Assembly (NCBI GenBank): GCA_022826885.1
Contig: JAJDUB010000020.1
Location: 6,140 to 70,139 of the forward strand
Direction: 5' to 3'
DNA: 64,000 nucleotides
Source of the DNA: Gammaproteobacteria bacterium
GTDB lineage: Bacteria; Pseudomonadota; Gammaproteobacteria; Eutrophobiales; Eutrophobiaceae
Below, in pieces: positions 25,630 to 34,687 of the stretch. Within the stretch, counting starts at the first letter, position 1. Each line of letters opens with the position of its first letter. A program made the position numbers and the translations under genes. A model generated the notes under the pieces. The model did not search any database. It worked only from the letters and a program-made list of their open reading frames with translations, and was not told the DNA's origin.

Positions 25630-27285
25630 TCAATATGTGAAATCGCTTGACGCCAGCGTACAATTCCGTCCCGGCAGGCTGCGCCGGCCAACCTCCACCA
25701 GCGGGTCTGTCGCTGTCATGCACAGGTCCACGGTGCAGCCGAGTCTATCCAAATGCCCTGCCAAAGGATAGTTCAGCACCTGCCGTCGCAGGGTATTCAG
25801 GACCGGATGGGCCTGCCAGAATTCAATGACGCGTCCTGTCAGGTAGTCCGCGTCCAGGTTTGCCTGCCCGGGCAAGGCATGGCCGGCGTCCGCCGCATAC
25901 CAGGGCCAGAATAACTGCCGGTCCCGCAACAGGTGCCAGGTCTTGAGAAAATGAGCGCCCTCGCTGTCCGGTTCAAAATCATGGCAGAATTTTTCGATCT
26001 CCCACTCTCCGGCGAGCGCGGCATAATCGACCGGATTCAGCAGCTTCATCTCCTCTATGGCCGGTCCCAATCTTTCAGCCAGTTCCACGGCAAGGGCCGC
26101 GCTGTCCCTGTCGGCCAATATCCGGAACCTGTCCCAGCGCAGGCTATCGACCAGCTCCACAAGGGAGTTGACGATGGCGTCGATCCCTCGCAGGTCTTCT
26201 TCGGGCAGATATGACAGGCCGTGTCCCGGCAAGTCGGGAGCGACGACATGGTATTGCCCGGACAGGGAAGCAAGCAGCCCGGACAGGGAACTCCGGGAGC
26301 TGCCTATATCATGCAATGCCAGCAAAGGCTGCTGCTGCATATCCCCTGCCGAAAAGTAATGGCACTGCCCTCCATCCAGGTCGAAAAAGCCTTTTCCCGG
26401 GCTACCCGTTTTTCCCGGACGACTGATTTGGCAATCCCTGCCGCGTGAATGAGCTACCCGTTCAGTAAATACGCTCCTGAATGCCTCGATGCGCTGACCG
26501 CGGGTCGGACCGCTATGCAACATGGTGAAATTATCAGGCCACTCCACCGAGTCGAAGCGATCGGTGTAAGACTTCAGAATGCTGCCCTGCCAGCGCATGA
26601 TGATCACGGGAACGGTAAGGGGCCGCACCCGCTCCATCTTTTCGTTGGCAAACGCGGCCCGGTAGGCCCGGTCATAGTCCTTTCCCGCCTGCAGGAACTC
26701 CATGGCCATCTGGTGTACTACTCCGGTATTGACGCCGCCTGCCGGCAGGCGGGTCTGGGGGGTTGCCTGATGCCAGGGAAAAAACATGCACTGGTCCCGG
26801 GCCACCGACCAGATCCTGGTCAGATGGCTGCCGGTCGCATCCGGCGTCAAATCGGGGAAATAGCCGGATACGATGTTGTCCCTTTCTTCATCGGTAAAAT
26901 GAGCGGCATTGTCCAGGATGAGATAATCCACCCTTGCACCGTAGGTCTTGCTGAATTCTATGGCGATTTGCGCGCCCGTTGCCGTCCCGTACAGGCCGAA
27001 AGTTTCCAGGCCCAGACGCCTGGTAAACGAATACAGTGCAGTCACGTAACCCGCCAGATCTTCAGCCGGTTCTACAAGGGGGTCGGACCAGCCGTAACCC
27101 GGCGTATCGGGCGCAATAACCGTGTTGTATTCCGCAGCCACCCTGATGAAAGGCAGAAGGGCGGCAGAGGACATGGGCGAGGCATGCAACATGACCAGGG
27201 CCGGTCCCGTGCCGGCAGTGCGAAAATGAACAAGTTGCGGATGCTCTTCGCTGCCGATGTTGACGTAGTTTTGGCTGATCTGCAT
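25630..27285 (-). CDS. Tandem double alpha/beta-hydrolase-fold protein (paralog of 20588-22267)
   Basis: LVHFRTAGTGPALVMLHASPMSS, then a second half LLALHDIGSS...PDLPGHGLS. MFFPWH and LFWPWY occur once per half. Confidence 0.7.
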   Translation of the reverse strand: MQISQNYVNIGSEEHPQLVHFRTAGTGPALVMLHASPMSSAALLPFIRVAAEYNTVIAPDTPGYGWSDPLVEPAEDLAGYVTALYSFTRRLGLETFGLYGTATGAQIAIEFSKTYGARVDYLILDNAAHFTDEERDNIVSGYFPDLTPDATGSHLTRIWSVARDQCMFFPWHQATPQTRLPAGGVNTGVVHQMAMEFLQAGKDYDRAYRAAFANEKMERVRPLTVPVIIMRWQGSILKSYTDRFDSVEWPDNFTMLHSGPTRGQRIEAFRSVFTERVAHSRGRDCQISRPGKTGSPGKGFFDLDGGQCHYFSAGDMQQQPLLALHDIGSSRSSLSGLLASLSGQYHVVAPDLPGHGLSYLPEEDLRGIDAIVNSLVELVDSLRWDRFRILADRDSAALAVELAERLGPAIEEMKLLNPVDYAALAGEWEIEKFCHDFEPDSEGAHFLKTWHLLRDRQLFWPWYAADAGHALPGQANLDADYLTGRVIEFWQAHPVLNTLRRQVLNYPLAGHLDRLGCTVDLCMTATDPLVEVGRRSLPGRNCTLASSDFTY

Positions 27286-27302
27286 GAGTTACAGTCTACG
27301 CG

Positions 27303-28886
27303 TTATAGTCCAAGGGCGCCGGGGTTAATACGATTGCCCGGATCCAGAATGTTCTTCAATTGCCGTACCAGCTCCCAGCTAGGTGATTTCAGCCCTTCCT
27401 TGTACAGGTAGGCCTTGCCGACCTGCAGATGCGAGGCACCCATGTTACAGAAGAACTCCAGCAACTCCTGTCTGATTTGTGCTACGGCATGACGCGCTTC
27501 CAGGTTTTTATCGAATCTGGGAAGCCTTTTCAGTACGCCGGGTTCAACGGTATCCTGGTGTATTTCGGTCATGGCGTCCGGCCAGAAGAAGACCGGCTCA
27601 ACCACGAAGCAATTTGTTGATACCGTGGCAAACAGAAACCCCGCGCCGATGCCCTCGCGTTCCATAAGTTCCCGATGGTCGTAAAAGATTTTTTCCACAC
27701 CATCAATGACGGTACTGGCCCCGGAATGGGGGATCAGCGCGTGTACCGGCGCCCAGCGTTCTCCCTGTGGCCCGACGACATTATTCAGGGGAGTAAACGG
27801 GTTGGCCCTGAGTATCCTGGGGATACTGTTTTCAATTTCGCGGCCCTGGCAATCTGAGCAAATCTGCCGGGTTCGATCAAGCCGGTCATCGGCCAGTGCT
27901 TCGGAGGCCTCTTCTATCATGACATGCAGCGAATACGCCACATTCTCCATGAAACCCCTTCCGGCGACCGCAGTTTTGACCCCATCCCTGACCGCTGCGA
28001 CGACCCCGCTGCTCGCTTTCATCACGCCTGCCAGCGCTTTTACGTCCTGCAGAAGGCTGTCACGCTGCAGACGCTGCTTTTGTAAAAAGGGATCGAAGCC
28101 GAAACACTCCATGGCAAGGCCCTCCCTGGCAATTGCGCTCATGGTCTTGGTCATGGGGCCGTAATGATCGAAATCAAAAGAGGCAAAACGCCTGGCAGTC
28201 AATTCCGGGACCAGTTGCAGGGTGGCTTTGGTCTTGATGCCCAGAGCGCCGGTGTCACAGCAAAACAGGCCGGTCAGGTCGGGACCATAGTGCCTGAAGA
28301 AGGGAGCGCCGTGTATCTGGGCGTTCGACCCGGTATCCAGTATCGTCCCGTCGGCCAGCACCACTTCCAGGCTCAATACGGAGTCCGCCGCGCTGCCGTA
28401 GCGTCCGGAACCCCAGAATATGCTATTCTGGGACAAACTGCCGCCCACGGTCGCCTTGATGCCGGAGAGCGTACCCCAATAAGGGGTGCGGCAGCCTGTT
28501 TCCTTTAACGCGTCATACAACTCCTTCCAGGTACACCCGGCTTCCACCGTGACATACATGTCTTCGGTATTGCACTCCATTACCCTGTTGAGCCTGCGCA
28601 TATCGAGCACGATGGAATCCGGTTCCGCCGGCACGTAGCCGCTGGTATACGACATACCGCCGCCGCGTGTTACGACCCCATGACCGTGTTGCGTTGCGGC
28701 GGCTACAACTCCGGCTACCTGTGCCGTTGACCCGGGCCGAACCACTGCCAGCGCAGGCAGAATTTTGGTATAGATATCCTGGGAATAAAAGGAACAACTC
28801 TGTTCATCGGTCAGGACAGAATCGGCGCCGACGATTGCAGCAACGGCCTTGATCAATGATGATGTATTTGCTGCGGTATTTTTCAA
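27303..28886 (-). CDS. FAD-binding oxidase/dehydrogenase (GlcD / PCMH type)
   Basis: TTG start at 28886. VVRPGSTAQVAGVVAAATQHGHGVVTRGGGMSYTSGY is the FAD_binding_4 signature. Paralog at 48339-49928. Confidence 0.8.
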   Translation of the reverse strand: MKNTAANTSSLIKAVAAIVGADSVLTDEQSCSFYSQDIYTKILPALAVVRPGSTAQVAGVVAAATQHGHGVVTRGGGMSYTSGYVPAEPDSIVLDMRRLNRVMECNTEDMYVTVEAGCTWKELYDALKETGCRTPYWGTLSGIKATVGGSLSQNSIFWGSGRYGSAADSVLSLEVVLADGTILDTGSNAQIHGAPFFRHYGPDLTGLFCCDTGALGIKTKATLQLVPELTARRFASFDFDHYGPMTKTMSAIAREGLAMECFGFDPFLQKQRLQRDSLLQDVKALAGVMKASSGVVAAVRDGVKTAVAGRGFMENVAYSLHVMIEEASEALADDRLDRTRQICSDCQGREIENSIPRILRANPFTPLNNVVGPQGERWAPVHALIPHSGASTVIDGVEKIFYDHRELMEREGIGAGFLFATVSTNCFVVEPVFFWPDAMTEIHQDTVEPGVLKRLPRFDKNLEARHAVAQIRQELLEFFCNMGASHLQVGKAYLYKEGLKSPSWELVRQLKNILDPGNRINPGALGL

Positions 28887-28918
28887 AGGGCAAAAAACGC
28901 GATTAAGTTGTATTTAAC

Positions 28919-28936
28919 TTATAACATTATATCATT
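28919..28936. promoter_or_regulatory. AT-rich promoter/operator-like motif (two overlapping half-sites)
   Basis: TTATAACATT (28919-28928) and TTATATCATT (28927-28936), in the divergent region between 27303-28886 and 28980-29975. Confidence 0.35.
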
Positions 28937-28979
28937 GCAGAATAAACCGTAACCGGGAAAATCACGGGGTGGACAGACA

Positions 28980-29975
28980 GTGAACAACACACGGGTTTTA
29001 CTGAAACAAAGATCAGAAGGCGTCCCCGCGGAACAGAATTTCGAACTGGAGAATGTGGCCGCGGACATGCCTGGTGGTGGCGATTTGCTCTGCGAAACGT
29101 TATACCTGTCGCTGGACCCTTATTTGCGCGGAAAAATCAGCGGACGGCACATATCCGGCGCGATCAACGAGGGGGAACTCATGGCCGGGGAAACCGTCAG
29201 CAGGGTCATTGAATCGAAATCGGAACAATTCAACCAGGGCGACATCATCGCCGCGCACAGCGGCTGGCAAAGCCATCCCGTGATCAGCGCAGACGCCGCC
29301 AGGACGGTGAACCCGGAGTTAGGCCCGTTATCCACATTACTGGGCATACTGGGTATGCCGGGCCTGACTGCGTATGCGGGGATGATGCGACTGGCCGAAC
29401 TGAAACAGGACGACGTGGTGGTCGTCTCGGCTGCGTCAGGACCGGTCGGTTCCATGGTAGGCCAGATTGCCGCACGCCACGGCTGCCGTGTCGTCGGAAT
29501 CGCCGGTTCCGCCGAAAAATGCCGCTGGACCGTGGAGCAGGCCGGTTTCGACCATTGCATCAATTACAAGACGGAAGTCCTCAGGGACAGCCTGAGGCGC
29601 GCTTGTCCCGAGGGTATCGATGTCTATTTCGACAACGTGGGCGGAGACATGCTGCAGGCCTGCATGGAGCAGTTGGCGACCGGTGCCAGGGTCATCCTGT
29701 GCGGTCTGATGGCACAATACAACACAAACGAAATGCCGCCCGGACCCAATCCGGCGTTCATTATCAAGGCCAGGGCCACCGTACGCGGCCTGGTCGTCTA
29801 TGACCACGAGGATCTGCGCCCGGAATTTGAACAGCGGGTCAGCCAGTGGCTGAAACAGGGAGAGATCAATTACAGGGAGGACTGCGTGAACGGCCTTGAA
29901 GCCGCCCCAAGGTTATTCTGCCGCCTGATGCGCGGAGAAAACTTCGGCAAGGCAATCGTCAAGGTTGCTGAATAG
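28980..29975 (+). CDS. NADP-dependent medium-chain reductase (alkenal/enone reductase, YncB/CurA-like)
   Basis: GTG start. VVVSAASGPVGSMVGQIAARHGCRVVGIAGSAEK Rossmann motif with no Zn-ligand Cys cluster. Confidence 0.8.
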   Translation: MNNTRVLLKQRSEGVPAEQNFELENVAADMPGGGDLLCETLYLSLDPYLRGKISGRHISGAINEGELMAGETVSRVIESKSEQFNQGDIIAAHSGWQSHPVISADAARTVNPELGPLSTLLGILGMPGLTAYAGMMRLAELKQDDVVVVSAASGPVGSMVGQIAARHGCRVVGIAGSAEKCRWTVEQAGFDHCINYKTEVLRDSLRRACPEGIDVYFDNVGGDMLQACMEQLATGARVILCGLMAQYNTNEMPPGPNPAFIIKARATVRGLVVYDHEDLRPEFEQRVSQWLKQGEINYREDCVNGLEAAPRLFCRLMRGENFGKAIVKVAE

Positions 29976-29979
29976 AACC

Positions 29980-30003
29980 GGGGACGGATTTAAATCCGTC
30001 CCC
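29980..30003. repeat. REP-like palindromic element, family A (perfect copy)
   Basis: GGGGACGGATTTAAATCCGTCCCC, a perfect 12+12 palindrome 5 nt after the TAG of 28980-29975. Confidence 0.85.
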
Positions 30004-30026
30004 AAGAAGTGAGAGAGGGTAATGAT

Positions 30027-30506
30027 ATGAACAAAATTCCTACTGATTTCCGCAGAGCTACCATGCTGGTCAACGATATCGAGACACCTTTGAAAATCTA
30101 TCGCGACATCCTGGGCATGGAAGTCTACTACGACGATGAGATAATCGTTTCCGGAGTCGGTGTGCCGGCCGGTGAAGCAGGCGGTAAAGTCCGCCTGGTC
30201 ATACTCCAGGCAAACGACCCTTACATCGGTATGCTCGGGATACTGCAATACCTGGACCCGCCGTTGCCCGAGCGGGGCGATTACCCGAAACGGCTGGGCG
30301 TGGGAGACACCGTGTATGTGATGAACGTGGAGGATGCCGAGGAAGTTCACAGGCAGCTCTGCGAGGTGCCCGGTGTGCACATACAGAGTGAGCCACACGT
30401 GAGCGAATACCCGAAACCCGGCGGCGGGGTATTCAGGTTACTGTGCATGAGCTTTTTCGACCCGAATGGTTATTTTATCGAAGCCAACCAGTGGTTGAGC
30501 AGGTGA
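30027..30506 (+). CDS. VOC-family (glyoxalase/bleomycin-resistance fold) protein
   Basis: Trimmed to ATG 30027. ATMLVNDIETPLKIYRDILGMEV is a typical VOC first strand-helix. Confidence 0.65.
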   Translation: MNKIPTDFRRATMLVNDIETPLKIYRDILGMEVYYDDEIIVSGVGVPAGEAGGKVRLVILQANDPYIGMLGILQYLDPPLPERGDYPKRLGVGDTVYVMNVEDAEEVHRQLCEVPGVHIQSEPHVSEYPKPGGGVFRLLCMSFFDPNGYFIEANQWLSR

Positions 30507-30919
30507 GCAGACCTGGTTTTTTCCCGTTCGTCCTGGCGCTGGCCCTGTTTATTGCGCCTGTGAGCGGTACACTGTCCGAACTTGAGAAAGTAACATACTA
30601 CAAAGGCTGGATGGCCGTGAAAAAACACAGGGTCGAACCCGACGCGGACCTGTCGGAGTGGATATTCGCACGGATAGAGCGAATGCATAACCAGGGGCAG
30701 AAAATACCCTTGCTGGATGAATCCGGCAACAGAACCGGCTATACGTTGTCCCTGGAAAGCCTGACCTACCAGGAAACCCAGGTCCCGGTATTGAAGGTCG
30801 GAGTCATCGATGATAAAACCGGCTATACCCTGTCCTATTCCTGGGCAGACCCGGCGTCGCGCCGGCTGGGTCTGAACGTGCGCTGGTTCCAGGCCGGACT
30901 GACGCGTATCGATGAATAA
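30503..30919 (+). CDS. Hypothetical exported 138-aa protein
   Basis: GTG 30503 overlaps the upstream TGA (GTGA). Signal-like (M)SRPGFFPFVLALALFIAPVSG. No family recognised. Confidence 0.45.
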   Translation: MSRPGFFPFVLALALFIAPVSGTLSELEKVTYYKGWMAVKKHRVEPDADLSEWIFARIERMHNQGQKIPLLDESGNRTGYTLSLESLTYQETQVPVLKVGVIDDKTGYTLSYSWADPASRRLGLNVRWFQAGLTRIDE

Positions 30920-32258
30920 TTCCGCAACATCAGGACAAGGCGCCGATAACGGCTACCCCGGCGCCCGCTATGCCTGGTACATGGTGATACTGCTCACCGT
31001 CGCCTACGTATGTTCCTTTATCGACCGGTTCATGCTGGGACTGCTGGTGGAGCCGATTAAGGCGGATCTCGGATTCTCGGACACCCAACTCGGCCTGTTG
31101 CTGGGTCCCGCCTTCGCCATATTCTACGCCACCATGGGACTCCCCCTGGGTTGGATGGCGGATCGCTACAGGCGCGGCTGGATTGTCGCCGCGGGCATCG
31201 CGGTCTGGTCTGCCGCGACCGTAGCCTCGGGCCTGGTCAAAAATTTCTTCCAGATGTTCATGGCCCGCATGAGCGTAGGCATTGGCGAGGCGACCCTCAG
31301 TCCGTGCGCCATCTCCATGATCTCTGACAGCTTTCCCAGGGAGCGCCGGGCCAAGCCCATCGCCTTCTACAGTATGGCCGTATCCATCGGCGCGGCCATC
31401 GCCTCCCTGTTCAGCGCCACGGTGCTGATCTGGGCCAAATCCTCCCCTGAAACCAGTCTGCCGTGGATCGGCGCCGTGGCCCCATGGCAGTTTGCCTTTA
31501 TCGCCGTCGGAATGCCGGGCTTTATCCTGGCATTGATGTTTTTCGCATTGCGCGAACCGCGGCGCCAGGAACGGGGCATAACCGGCGGACTGGGCAACGC
31601 CTCGTTGATCGACACCCTGAAATTCATCCTGCAACGGTGGAAGGCTTTCGCCAGTTTCCTGACCATCTTCTGCCTGATGACCACCGTCGCCTACAGCCAG
31701 GGCTGGAGCGCCGCCCTGTTCATGCGCACCTGGGGCTGGGAAGCGTCAAAGTTTGCCCTGGTGAACGGCATCGTGTTACTGGCAGTAGGACCGGCGACAG
31801 TGAACCTGTCCGGCTGGCTGTGTGACCGCTGGTATGCCCGGGGGGTAACCGACGCCGCCTTGCGTATTGCCGTCATCGGCGCGTTCATCATGGTGATTAC
31901 CGGGGTTATCGCCCCGTTGATGCCGACCGGCAATACGGCGATGCTGATGTTCGGTGTCAATGCAGTGGGACTCGCCATGATAACCGCGACCGGCGTGACC
32001 GCGTTACTGAACATGACCCCCGGAGAAATACGCGCCCAGGTCGTCGCATTCTATTACATGGCCATCAGCCTGACCGGATTGCTGCTGGGACCGACTACCA
32101 TAGGGATCCTCAACGACCAGGTGTTCGGCGAACTGGGCCTGAAATATTCCATGGCGCTGCTGCCTTTCGTATACGGCCTGCCGGTGCTGCTCCTGGTTCC
32201 CGTTACCATGCGGCTCTACACCGGCGCCTGCGCCGATATGCTGCGCACAGAGGACTGA
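30912..32258 (+). CDS. MFS transporter
   Basis: 448 aa with about 12 hydrophobic segments. MFS loop motif GLPLGWMADRYRRGWIV. Confidence 0.85.
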   Translation: MNNSATSGQGADNGYPGARYAWYMVILLTVAYVCSFIDRFMLGLLVEPIKADLGFSDTQLGLLLGPAFAIFYATMGLPLGWMADRYRRGWIVAAGIAVWSAATVASGLVKNFFQMFMARMSVGIGEATLSPCAISMISDSFPRERRAKPIAFYSMAVSIGAAIASLFSATVLIWAKSSPETSLPWIGAVAPWQFAFIAVGMPGFILALMFFALREPRRQERGITGGLGNASLIDTLKFILQRWKAFASFLTIFCLMTTVAYSQGWSAALFMRTWGWEASKFALVNGIVLLAVGPATVNLSGWLCDRWYARGVTDAALRIAVIGAFIMVITGVIAPLMPTGNTAMLMFGVNAVGLAMITATGVTALLNMTPGEIRAQVVAFYYMAISLTGLLLGPTTIGILNDQVFGELGLKYSMALLPFVYGLPVLLLVPVTMRLYTGACADMLRTED

Positions 32259-32299
32259 ACGGTTGTCAGCGGTTCAGGCCTAACCTTGGTCAGATATAT

Positions 32300-32374
32300 G
32301 GGGTCGGAGTAAAAATTCTGACGAGACATCCGGGGTCAGAGTAAGAAATTCACCAGAATTTTTACTCTGACCCC
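32300..32374. repeat. REP-like palindromic element, family B (half copy plus full 43-nt copy)
   Basis: GGGGTCGGAGTAAAAATTCTG (32300-32320), then GGGGTCAGAGTAAGAAATTCACCAGAATTTTTACTCTGACCCC (32332-32374). Confidence 0.8.
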
Positions 32375-32415
32375 TGCATTTCGGCTTTTTAGCGGCAGAT
32401 GCCGCGGGAACTGCT

Positions 32416-33558
32416 ATGTGGTTAATCGTGAAGAAGACTGGTATTACGGTATTGCTCGGCATGTTGCTGGCGGTGTGGCACGCCCGGGCATTCGACATTG
32501 AAAGAGAGCTTCCCGAAACGGGGATCAGCGGTGTCTATGAGGTCATAGTCGGGACGGACAACGCACAACAACTGGTCGGGTATTTTACCGAGTTCGGTTT
32601 CAGCGTAACTAAAGATGCCTCGATTGATGCGCAGACTGCGGAAAAACTGTACGGAGTGCAATCCGGTCTGCGTTCAATCCGTATGCAGAACGGCGCCGTG
32701 GACAGTCACGGCCTGTTGCGCATATTGGAGTGGGAGCAGCCCCTGGGCCCGGGAGTCGGTTATGCGCCGCCGGAAACCGTGGGACAGCGCATGGCTGTTA
32801 TGCGTACCCGCGACATCTTCCGCCTGCATGACACCTTCCTTGATCTGCGCAACAAGGCCGGGCAACCCTGGCTGCCAACTGAGCCAGTTTTCGACGATTT
32901 ATACGGCCTGGATACCGGTAAGATATCGATACGGGAGCGGCGCGTCGGCGTCAGGGAAAACGCCGTGTACGGCCAGGTCTTCAACCACGTGTTCTTTCAG
33001 CGCTACGGTTACACTATCCCCGGTTACGGCACCATTAATGAGGCCGCGGCGCTGCAGACCAGCGAGTTCACCCACCATGACTTTATAGTCAAGGGGAACC
33101 TGGCGGAGGTGACCGGATATTACACATCCGTGCTTGGTTTGCGTGCGGAAAACGATCCCGTAATCGACGGCGACTGGCAAAAAGGACCCGGGAGGGTGTT
33201 CCTCATGGAACCGGGTGAAAGCCACTGGTACCGGGGCTTCGTTTCACCGAATAATGTCTGCGGCAAACTGAAGTTCTTCTCCGCCATGGACCCGGAACAC
33301 GTACGCGACCGCAGCCGGCGCCAGCGCGTCGGGGAACTGGGTATTACCCTGCACAGCCTGTATGCGCCTGAACTCGAATACGTCCGTGAACTGGCCGCCG
33401 CACAAGGCCTCAATCCATCCGCTATACTGGAAAATGAGTTTGCCGAGCAATCTTTTGTTTTCACCGGCCCGGACGGCGTCACCTGGCAAATCCTGGAACA
33501 ACCGGAGATAAAACACGAACCGGTAACGGAGTTTGAGCTGGTAAGAGTCAATAATTAA
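32416..33558 (+). CDS. Exported multi-domain VOC-fold-like protein
   Basis: Signal-like MWLIVKKTGITVLLGMLLAVWHARA. Repeated VOC-like strands (GVYEVIVGTDNAQQLVGYFTEFGF; HHDFIVKGNLAEVTGYYTSVLGL). Confidence 0.45.
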   Translation: MWLIVKKTGITVLLGMLLAVWHARAFDIERELPETGISGVYEVIVGTDNAQQLVGYFTEFGFSVTKDASIDAQTAEKLYGVQSGLRSIRMQNGAVDSHGLLRILEWEQPLGPGVGYAPPETVGQRMAVMRTRDIFRLHDTFLDLRNKAGQPWLPTEPVFDDLYGLDTGKISIRERRVGVRENAVYGQVFNHVFFQRYGYTIPGYGTINEAAALQTSEFTHHDFIVKGNLAEVTGYYTSVLGLRAENDPVIDGDWQKGPGRVFLMEPGESHWYRGFVSPNNVCGKLKFFSAMDPEHVRDRSRRQRVGELGITLHSLYAPELEYVRELAAAQGLNPSAILENEFAEQSFVFTGPDGVTWQILEQPEIKHEPVTEFELVRVNN

Positions 33559-33575
33559 GACCCGCTGAATTGACG

Positions 33576-34676
33576 ATGACAAGAAACCCAGGTCATGACT
33601 TGTTGACTGTGCCGGATGCCGATAACGCCGCGCGGCAGGGGTTTGTGCTCGCCCTGAAACAGCATCTGCAATCCTGGAGACCGCAAACAAGGGCGCTCTA
33701 TGAACGGGAAATCAAAAGCGGGAAAAACGAAACCGCCGCGCAGATCAGGGACGGTCTGTACCGAAACGAAACATACCAGGCAATTTGCTGCATCAGGCGG
33801 ATTGCCCAACAAATGATGTGGGAATGTATCCGCTCACCCATCGAACGGAACACAGGAACCCTGTCTGAAAAATACCAATACTATGCTTCCCGCAAAAACA
33901 GGGTGGGGACATTGACCCTGAACCCTGATGTAGAGATACCGGAATCGTTAAGCCGGGTGGATGTTCACCTGCAACCGGGCGGCTACCTGCGCAACGAGAC
34001 AGATCGGGACATCCTGGCCGGGGCGCTGTACGAAGCGGGTGGCGCGTTGTATTCCCAGGGCCAGAATATCGGGACCCGGGAAAGCAAGGCAGGCGTGGTC
34101 ATGCGTTACATCGACAGGCGTTACCCCGGTTTCAGCCCCGGCAGGATCCTGGATATCGGCTGTTCCGCCGGCGCATCTTCGGTGCCTTATGCCGAGGCCT
34201 GTCCCCATGCAGAAGTCCACGGGATCGATGTTTCCGCGGGGATGCTGAGGTACGCCCACGCCAGGGCCGAGGCCATGGGCGCCGCCGTCCATTTCCACCA
34301 GATGAATGCCGTCGATATGGTGTTCCCCGACGGAAGTTTCGACCTGGTAGTCTCGCACAATACCATGCACGAGATGGCGGATGATACGAGGCAGAAAATG
34401 TTTGCGGAATGCCGGCGCCTGCTGAGACCGGGCGGTATCTGCATCCACCAGGACGTCCCCCTCAGGTTCGACCGGTTGGACCGGTTCCTCCAGGCGGAAT
34501 ACTCCTATGACCAATGGTTCAATGCCGAACCGCACTGGCTGGAATACGCCTGTTGCGATTTTGAGGAAATGATGCTGCTCGCCGGGTTTGAACGGGAACA
34601 CATCGGCGTTGAAACCCTGAAACAGTCCGACGGCTCATTCAGCTGGTATGCCGTCACCGGCAGCAACCCTGCCTGA
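33576..34676 (+). CDS. Class I SAM-dependent methyltransferase (paralog of 1167-2354)
   Basis: Trimmed to ATG 33576. ILDIGCSAGASS, AEVHGIDVSAGMLRYAHARAE and LLRPGGICI. Its N-terminal extension is colinear with the paralog. Confidence 0.8.
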   Translation: MTRNPGHDLLTVPDADNAARQGFVLALKQHLQSWRPQTRALYEREIKSGKNETAAQIRDGLYRNETYQAICCIRRIAQQMMWECIRSPIERNTGTLSEKYQYYASRKNRVGTLTLNPDVEIPESLSRVDVHLQPGGYLRNETDRDILAGALYEAGGALYSQGQNIGTRESKAGVVMRYIDRRYPGFSPGRILDIGCSAGASSVPYAEACPHAEVHGIDVSAGMLRYAHARAEAMGAAVHFHQMNAVDMVFPDGSFDLVVSHNTMHEMADDTRQKMFAECRRLLRPGGICIHQDVPLRFDRLDRFLQAEYSYDQWFNAEPHWLEYACCDFEEMMLLAGFEREHIGVETLKQSDGSFSWYAVTGSNPA

Positions 34677-34687
34677 GCAACCTGCCC

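Noticed and set aside
28645-28667. A 23-nt stretch identical (as reverse complement) to 48558-48580 in the two FAD-oxidase paralogs. I considered recent gene conversion.
   Set aside because: It encodes the most conserved FAD-binding motif (TRGGGMSYT) with GC-preferred codons. The flanking sequence diverges immediately, so purifying selection and codon bias explain it.
32300-32374. Possible CRISPR array, considered because short palindromic repeats recur here.
   Set aside because: There are only two or three arms, arranged as an inverted repeat, with no regularly spaced unique spacers and no cas genes. These are REP/MITE-like elements. I saw no CRISPR array anywhere in the window.
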